In this document: positions 58,177 through 64,000 of the stretch, one piece after another | Position numbering within the stretch: the first letter of the stretch is position 1 | How the letters are laid out: every line of letters begins with the position of its first letter | Source of the DNA: Solibacillus sp. | GTDB taxonomy: Bacteria > Bacillota > Bacilli > Bacillales_A > Planococcaceae | Length of the DNA: 64,000 nt | Direction: 5' to 3' | Assembly: GCA_045640265.1 (NCBI GenBank) | Contig: JAZUES010000123.1 | Span: 1,873 to 65,872 of the forward strand | Program-made: the position numbers and the translations under genes | The notes under the pieces: model-generated | Told to the model about the DNA's origin: nothing | The model's database searches: none | Seen by the model: the letters and a program-made list of their open reading frames with translations, nothing else

Positions 58177-59463
58177 TTATTTTAATACGTAGTTTTCGTA
58201 TTTTTTATAGTCCGCTTCTTTTACTTCTAATTTAAGAAGTGTTCCACCTTCTTCATAAGATGTCGCTAAAATTGTTGCATATTCATTCAAGTATGAAACA
58301 ACTCCTCCTTGATCATATGGAATAAGCATTTCACATATTTGATAATCCGAGAAAATTTGCTTGCGGATCATTTGGACAAGTTCATCTAGCCCTACACCGT
58401 CTTTGGCAGAAACCCAAATATTTTCCCCACTAACAAGTGGATATTTTACGTTAGCTAAGTCCGATTTGTTATACACAAAAATTGTTGGGATATCTTTTAC
58501 ATCAATTGATTTTAATGTGTCGCTCGTTACGTCCATCATAAAGCGATATTCTTCATTAGAGACATCGACAACATGTAATAAAAGGTTTGCTTCACGTGCT
58601 TCTTCTAATGTTGAACGGAACGCTTTTACTAAATGGTGTGGCAACTTACTAACGAATCCTACTGTATCTGTTAATAAAAATGATTTATTGTCTTCTAATT
58701 CAATATTGCGTACAGACGTCTCCAATGTTGCGAAAAGCATATCCTTTTCAAATACTTGCTTTGTTTCGTCTTGTCCAATCTTAGTAAGCAACTGATTCAT
58801 AATCGTTGACTTACCTGCATTCGTATACCCGACAATCGATACAACTGGCACAGCACTTTTACGGCGTTGTTTGCGCTGTGTTTCACGCTGTTCCTTTACG
58901 CCTTCTAAATCTTTCTTGATTTTAGCGATTTGGTCTTCAATTTTACGACGATCTAATTCAAGTTTCGTCTCCCCTGCACCACGGTTTTTAAAGCCCCCAC
59001 CTGTACCACCACCTTGACGTGATAATGATGCATGAAGCCCAACTAGACGAGGTAGCATATATTGTAGTTGTGCTAGTTCTACTTGTAACTGAGCTTCTCG
59101 TGTTTTTGCACGACGGCCAAAAATATCTAAAATCAGCATCGTACGGTCGATTACTTTACACGCTAAGTCTCGCTCTAGGTTACGGATTTGTGATGGCGAT
59201 AATTCATCATTGAAAATTACAATATTCGCATCTGTCTCTTCATATAACGCTTTTATCTCATCAATCTTACCTGTTCCCACATAGTGCGATGGTGTGACGC
59301 GTTCTAAATTTTGTGTGATCATACCCACGACATCTACATTTAATGCTTCTGCTAAATTTGCTAATTCTTCCATTGAATAGTCAAAGTGATCATCCTTTTG
59401 CAAATTTACGCCGACTAAAATACCTTTTTCAATTAAAACATCCACGTCTTTCATTAAATTCAC
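58177..59463 (-). CDS. hflX: Ribosome-associated GTPase HflX, HflXr-like paralog
   Basis: ELSPSQIRNLE, DRT.LILDIF, GYTNAGKST, LFATL, DTVGF, NKSD; extended loop SRQGGGTGGGFKNRGAGE. Confidence 0.93.
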   Translation of the reverse strand: MNLMKDVDVLIEKGILVGVNLQKDDHFDYSMEELANLAEALNVDVVGMITQNLERVTPSHYVGTGKIDEIKALYEETDANIVIFNDELSPSQIRNLERDLACKVIDRTMLILDIFGRRAKTREAQLQVELAQLQYMLPRLVGLHASLSRQGGGTGGGFKNRGAGETKLELDRRKIEDQIAKIKKDLEGVKEQRETQRKQRRKSAVPVVSIVGYTNAGKSTIMNQLLTKIGQDETKQVFEKDMLFATLETSVRNIELEDNKSFLLTDTVGFVSKLPHHLVKAFRSTLEEAREANLLLHVVDVSNEEYRFMMDVTSDTLKSIDVKDIPTIFVYNKSDLANVKYPLVSGENIWVSAKDGVGLDELVQMIRKQIFSDYQICEMLIPYDQGGVVSYLNEYATILATSYEEGGTLLKLEVKEADYKKYENYVLK

Positions 59464-59607
59464 TTATATTGCCTCCTTACATATAAAGCGTCTGTCAATT
59501 ACTAACATCGTAACATACAAAGCAAAAACCTGTACAATCGCTTGGAATAAGCACAGTATGATAAAATAAAGGGAATTGTTATTATTCAAAAAGAAAAGGC
59601 GGTATTT

Positions 59608-60771
59608 ATGGAATTTGAACAAATGAAAGAGCAGCTACTCTCTCTTTTTAACAATAGATCGTTAATTCAAGCGACAATTAGTCAGCCTCGTCAAAAAACA
59701 AACGACTTAAAGCGTGTCAAACTAAAACCAATCGAGCTACGTGGTGACTATATGATTCAGCTTGAATATCAATATGAACGCATTTTAAAACATAAAAACA
59801 TCCCTATAATGGAAATAAAAACACAACTCAATGAATTATTCGAACAGTTCCGACAAGTTCATGCTGAATTTACAGAACAAAAAATTCAAATTCAACTTTC
59901 GAAAAAAAACAAAGTGCTATGGAAAACAGAAAACAATACTTCTACTAAGCAAGTAGCATTGTCTCACAATCGTAAAAAGCAGTACTTACTAGATGAATCC
60001 CGCGTTCATCCATTTTTAGTACGACTAGGTGTGCAAGCTGAAGACGGTAAAATTAAAAAACAAAAATACGATAAATTTAAGCAAATTAATCGTTTTGTTG
60101 AATTTATCGATGATTCTTTAGCGTATTTGCCAAAAGATAAGCAAATACGTATTTTAGATTTTGGATCAGGGAAATCTTATTTAACATTTGCTCTTTATCA
60201 TTATTTAAAAGTAGAAAAGGGTTTAAACATTCGTGTTACGGGCCTGGATTTAAAAAAAGAGGTTATTGAAGAGTGTAACCGCATCGCACAAGATTTACAC
60301 TACGATGATTTAGAATTCCTTGTTGGTGATATTAACGATTACAATGAAGAAACAGCGGTCGACATGGTCGTGACATTACATGCATGTGACGTGGCGACAG
60401 ACATGGCATTAGCACGTGCGGTTAAATGGGGAGCCAAAGTTATTTTAAGTGTACCTTGCTGCCAGCATGAGCTAAACCGCCAACTCGAAGCACCTGCATT
60501 ATCGATTATGACACAGCACGGTCTCATTAAAGAACGCTTTGCAGCTCTAGCAACTGACTCGATTCGCGCTGAACTTTTATCGCTTGTAGGCTATGAAACA
60601 CAGTTATTAGAATTCATCGATATGGAAAATACACCGAAAAACATTTTAATTCGTGCGTACTTCACGGGGAAAAAGCCAACTGATGAACAACGCGCGAAAT
60701 ATGTCGAATTTGTGCACTTTTTATCCGCTAAGCCATTTTTAGAAAACGAATTACAAGATTACTTAAATTAG
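59608..60771 (+). CDS. Class I SAM-dependent methyltransferase (Methyltransf_32-like)
   Basis: K.KQINRF.E, LDFGSGKSYLTF, LHACD.ATD, VPCCQHE, TPKN. Confidence 0.9.
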   Translation: MEFEQMKEQLLSLFNNRSLIQATISQPRQKTNDLKRVKLKPIELRGDYMIQLEYQYERILKHKNIPIMEIKTQLNELFEQFRQVHAEFTEQKIQIQLSKKNKVLWKTENNTSTKQVALSHNRKKQYLLDESRVHPFLVRLGVQAEDGKIKKQKYDKFKQINRFVEFIDDSLAYLPKDKQIRILDFGSGKSYLTFALYHYLKVEKGLNIRVTGLDLKKEVIEECNRIAQDLHYDDLEFLVGDINDYNEETAVDMVVTLHACDVATDMALARAVKWGAKVILSVPCCQHELNRQLEAPALSIMTQHGLIKERFAALATDSIRAELLSLVGYETQLLEFIDMENTPKNILIRAYFTGKKPTDEQRAKYVEFVHFLSAKPFLENELQDYLN

Positions 60772-60973
60772 TTGATATCTATGTACTTTTATTTCCCATC
60801 TTAGTTATTTTTGATTAAAAGTAGCTATACAACTTACAATTCCTTTTGTTACAGAATTGTAAAGATTGATACATGACAAGTAAATTTTATATAGATTTTT
60901 TTTAGATTTTGTTATGATTAGTGAGGTTAATTTTTAAAAATCAGTTTGATTATATATATTCAGGAGGCATTTC

Positions 60974-61594
60974 ATGTTTAGTTCAAAGAAACAAGATCCA
61001 TTTTTTGCAGCGCTTCTAAAAATTGCTGAAAACATGCAAGAAGCTGTTCATTACGCAAATGATTCCCGTATCGAAACTGTTGCCGATTTAAAGGAAATTA
61101 GCGTTCGTATGAAACAATACGAAACTGCTGGAGATAAATTAATTCATGAGTTAATTGTCATGTTAAATAAATCATTTATGACACCAATTGAACGTGAAGA
61201 TATTTTACAGTTGGCAATTCGTATGGATGATGTTTTAGATGGTACAGAAGGAACAATCGCCCATTTCGAAATGTTTTCGTTAACAGAAGTAGACGATTCA
61301 ATGCGTAATTTCTTGTTTTACGGTGCTAAATCATGTGACGAAATTGTAAAAGCGATGAAGCTGCTTAACAAAAAAGATCTTGTTGGTATGAGACAACATG
61401 CTATTTTAATTAAAGACTATGAACGTGAATGTGATGAAGTACTACGTTCATCAATTAAGCAATTATTCTTACACGAAAAAGATCCAATTCGATTAATTAA
61501 ATTCAAAGACATCTATGAACAACTTGAAGAAATTGCAGACTACTGCCAAACAGTAGCGAATACAATCGAAACGATCATTATGCGTAACGCATAA
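60974..61594 (+). CDS. ykaA: DUF47 / PhoU-like phosphate transport regulator
   Basis: YE..GD, F.TPIEREDI..L...DDV.D, E.ECD, K..YE.LE..AD; directly upstream of pit. Confidence 0.9.
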   Translation: MFSSKKQDPFFAALLKIAENMQEAVHYANDSRIETVADLKEISVRMKQYETAGDKLIHELIVMLNKSFMTPIEREDILQLAIRMDDVLDGTEGTIAHFEMFSLTEVDDSMRNFLFYGAKSCDEIVKAMKLLNKKDLVGMRQHAILIKDYERECDEVLRSSIKQLFLHEKDPIRLIKFKDIYEQLEEIADYCQTVANTIETIIMRNA

Positions 61595-61613
61595 TATTGG
61601 GGAGTCTTACTAA

Positions 61614-62630
61614 ATGAACACACTATTAATCATTACCGTATTAGTCGTCGCTAGTGCACTATTATTTGACTTCATTAACGGTTTTCACGATACAGCAAAT
61701 GCGATTGCAACATCGGTTTCTACACGCGCATTACCACCTCGAGTAGCAGTCTTAATGGCCGCTAGTATGAACTTTATTGGAGCAATTACATTCGTAGGCG
61801 TTGCCAAGGCTATTGCATCTGACATTGTCGATCCATTTTCTTTATCGACTCCTGAAGCACCATTAATTGGTTCAGTCGTTATTTTAGCAGCCTTAATTTC
61901 CTCGATTATTTGGAACTTAGCAACATGGTATTTTGGTATACCCTCAAGTTCTTCGCATACATTGATTGGTTCACTAGCTGGCGCGGCAATTATTGCTTCT
62001 GGCTTTGGTGTTTTAAACTATTCAGGTTTTACTAGAATCATTATTGCTTTACTTGTTTCACCAATTATTGCCATCTGTGCAGGTTATATCATGATGACGA
62101 TTATGAAGCTGTTATTTAAAAATACGAACCTTTACAAAACAAATAAAGGCTTCCGTATTATGCAAATATTCACCGCTGCCATTCAATCTTTCACGCACGG
62201 GACAAACGATGCCCAAAAAGCAATGGGTATTATTACAATGGCAATGATTGCCGCAAGTTGGCAAACAACAGATGACGTTCAACTATGGGTGCGATTTGCC
62301 TGTGCCATTGCAATGGGTCTAGGTACATCAATTGGTGGTTATAAAATCATCAAAACAGTTGGTGGTAAAATTATGAAAATCCGTCCTGTAAACGGTGCTG
62401 CAGCTGACCTTGCTTCTGCATCGATTATTTTCGGAGCTACATTAATTCACTTACCCGTTTCAACAACTCATGTTATTTCATCTTCAATCATGGGTGTTGG
62501 TGCTGCACAAAATGTAAAAGGCGTAAACTGGAGTATTGCTCGTAAAATGGTTACAACTTGGATTATTACAATCCCAATTTCAGCTGTAATGTCTGCCATA
62601 ATCTATTTGTTTTTAAATTTAATCTTCTAA
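61614..62630 (+). CDS. pit: Inorganic phosphate transporter (PiT family)
   Basis: NGFHDTANAIAT, GIPSSSSH, HGTNDAQK, PVSTTH. Confidence 0.95.
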   Translation: MNTLLIITVLVVASALLFDFINGFHDTANAIATSVSTRALPPRVAVLMAASMNFIGAITFVGVAKAIASDIVDPFSLSTPEAPLIGSVVILAALISSIIWNLATWYFGIPSSSSHTLIGSLAGAAIIASGFGVLNYSGFTRIIIALLVSPIIAICAGYIMMTIMKLLFKNTNLYKTNKGFRIMQIFTAAIQSFTHGTNDAQKAMGIITMAMIAASWQTTDDVQLWVRFACAIAMGLGTSIGGYKIIKTVGGKIMKIRPVNGAAADLASASIIFGATLIHLPVSTTHVISSSIMGVGAAQNVKGVNWSIARKMVTTWIITIPISAVMSAIIYLFLNLIF

Positions 62631-62632
62631 TC

Positions 62633-62681
62633 AAAAAATCTCCTTTGTAGAAACTACTATCTACAAAGGAGATTTTTTTTT
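62633..62681. terminator. Bidirectional terminator after pit
   Basis: aaaaaatctcctttgtaga...tctacaaaggagatttttt. Confidence 0.8.
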
Positions 62682-62741
62682 CATGAAGTTGTACAATCAG
62701 TCGAATCCATGTCCAACAAGTTTAGAATCGACTCGTTTTAA

Positions 62742-62963
62742 TTAACCTAAATGAAGCATTTGATCTACATGATGCATGGCTGATTTCGTGTAGCTTGGCT
62801 GTTCATTATCCTCTTGCTCAATTTGCTTACGTTCTTCCGGTTCCCAAAACACATAAAAAGATTGAATTACAATGACAATTAAAATTGAGGCCATAATGAT
62901 CGTCCCCATAATAATTTTAACTATTTTCTTGCCAGACATTTCTTTCGATTGCTCTTGTGCCAT
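62742..62963 (-). CDS. Small single-TM hypothetical protein
   Basis: One hydrophobic helix and a charged tail; follows the 154-aa ORF. Confidence 0.65.
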   Translation of the reverse strand: MAQEQSKEMSGKKIVKIIMGTIIMASILIVIVIQSFYVFWEPEERKQIEQEDNEQPSYTKSAMHHVDQMLHLG

Positions 62964-62983
62964 ACTCCATTTCCCTCACTCGC

Positions 62984-63448
62984 CTATTTTGAAAGTCGGA
63001 AACCTTCTTCACGTAAATACGCGACAGCATCGTCACGTGTACCGAATGATTCCTCTAAATTTCCTTGGTGATAGATATTCCATGTACGTTTATTGAACTC
63101 AAGCTCTAGCTTTGTTGTACCTTCACGCGAGATCCAATTTTCAATCACTGGTGAATCATCAATTACCTCTGATAAATACGCAATTGCATCTTCAATAATT
63201 GTACGTAATGCTTTTTCATCATAATCGCGAATATTCACTAAGCCTTTATCGCTTGCTTCTTTTTCGTATTTTAATAAATCCCCGACAAATACAAAACCGT
63301 TACCATTCGGGTGAAGCTTTTCAACCACGATTGTTTTTTCATATAAGCTGTCTTCAAAGTGATAGTTTACACGCTTTAGTGAAATTTCCTTTTTTGATAG
63401 TTGCGGAAATGATTCTATAATTAATTGTTTTTGTTCAAATGTTAGCAT
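62984..63448 (-). CDS. Hypothetical soluble protein
   Basis: RBS AAAGGAG; 154-aa ORF (..RVNYH...S...KT.V...LHPNGNGFV..G); no function recognised. Confidence 0.8.
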   Translation of the reverse strand: MLTFEQKQLIIESFPQLSKKEISLKRVNYHFEDSLYEKTIVVEKLHPNGNGFVFVGDLLKYEKEASDKGLVNIRDYDEKALRTIIEDAIAYLSEVIDDSPVIENWISREGTTKLELEFNKRTWNIYHQGNLEESFGTRDDAVAYLREEGFRLSK

Positions 63449-63546
63449 TGTTTGCTCCTTTAATGTTTCTTTTTCAATTTCTAAGTATACCGTTTTCCCG
63501 GGAAATAAAAAAGGCGGAGCATACGCTTGTCCATATGCACCACAAA

Positions 63547-64000
63547 TTAAACTTCTTTCGTTGCTGTTTCTTTAATACTTTCTCGTTCATGATAAATGTT
63601 TTGAACAATAACTTTAATGACACAATACGTTGGAATTGCTATGATAATCCCGATAAACCCAGCGATATTACCCGCTGCAAGGACGAGCGAAATAACAGTA
63701 AGTGGGTGAATATCTAAAGATTTCCCCATAACATTTGGAGTAATTAAATTACTTTCCACTTGTTGTGCAACTAATGTTATCACACAAACCCAAATAACCG
63801 AAACTGGATCGTAAATTAAGGCTACTATAACTGCAGGTACTAGCGATACCCAAGGTCCAATAAATGGAACCATATTCATTAAGAAAGCGAATAAAGCTAA
63901 TAATAATGAGTACTCAAGCCCAATAATTAAATAGCCAATATACATCATCACAGCTAGTAAAAAGCTAATAAGCACTTGTCCTTGTACGTAACTTCTTAAC
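63547..64000 (-). CDS. AI-2E family transporter (3' part; runs off window end)
   Basis: LRSYVQGQ, N.VPFIGP, QQVESNLI.P..MG..L.IHPL. Confidence 0.9.
   Translation of the reverse strand, partial: LRSYVQGQVLISFLLAVMMYIGYLIIGLEYSLLLALFAFLMNMVPFIGPWVSLVPAVIVALIYDPVSVIWVCVITLVAQQVESNLITPNVMGKSLDIHPLTVISLVLAAGNIAGFIGIIIAIPTYCVIKVIVQNIYHERESIKETATKEV

Noticed and set aside
59494-59520. Mini-ORF MLRC* upstream of hflX as a leader peptide
   Set aside because: No RBS, overlaps the likely -10 element, and no downstream terminator/antiterminator.
60834-60862. Inverted repeat ttacaattc/gaattgtaa and TTACA-like hexamers before ykaA-pit as Pho boxes
   Set aside because: I could not establish a regular 11-bp direct-repeat phase in this AT-rich region.
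1-64000. Many 60-144 aa antisense or nested ORFs in the track, and longer upstream starts for several genes
   Set aside because: They overlap well-supported genes and lack RBS or motifs; starts were trimmed to RBS-supported codons.
1-64000. rRNA, tRNA, CRISPR arrays, IS elements, prophage genes, known riboswitches (T-box, SAM, TPP, purine, lysine, glycine)
   Set aside because: No recognisable signatures found by eye in any intergenic region; tRNAscan and Rfam scans would be needed to exclude them formally.

Overview
AT-rich chromosomal segment of a spore-forming Bacillales bacterium. Gene order and protein sequences look like Caryophanaceae/Planococcaceae (Solibacillus/Lysinibacillus-like); this is an inference. 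It is mostly core genome: tex, a sigB locus reduced to rsbT-rsbU-rsbV-rsbW-sigB (no rsbR, rsbS or rsbX), ndoAI-ndoA, alr, ydcC, acpS, rhomboid, ydbST, cshA, murF-ddl, rodA, cls, a D,D-carboxypeptidase, an AraC/LytTR/acyl-CoA transferase block, cvfB, mntR, comFB-like, cadCA, a penicillin acylase, exoA, murB, a quinone/thiol-stress block (catR-like, yceI-family, azoR, frnE-like), ppaC, niaP, thrCB, hmoA, yclNOPQ, a GNAT-NSAR/OSBS pair, dtpT, an HflXr-like GTPase, a methyltransferase, ykaA-pit and an AI-2E transporter. I saw no rRNA, tRNA, CRISPR array, transposase or prophage, and nothing I can call a clear-cut new system. The best leads are: the stressosome-less RsbT-RsbU module; a cshA leader with a terminator-like hairpin downstream of its promoter; a one-component LytTR regulator with 21-bp-phased GTT repeats before a CoA-transferase; an unusual small domain fused to a GNAT; a two-state structured leader before the GNAT-racemase pair; and an HflXr-like gene with no attenuator. 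All family calls and motif consensus comparisons are by eye from memory; no searches were run.
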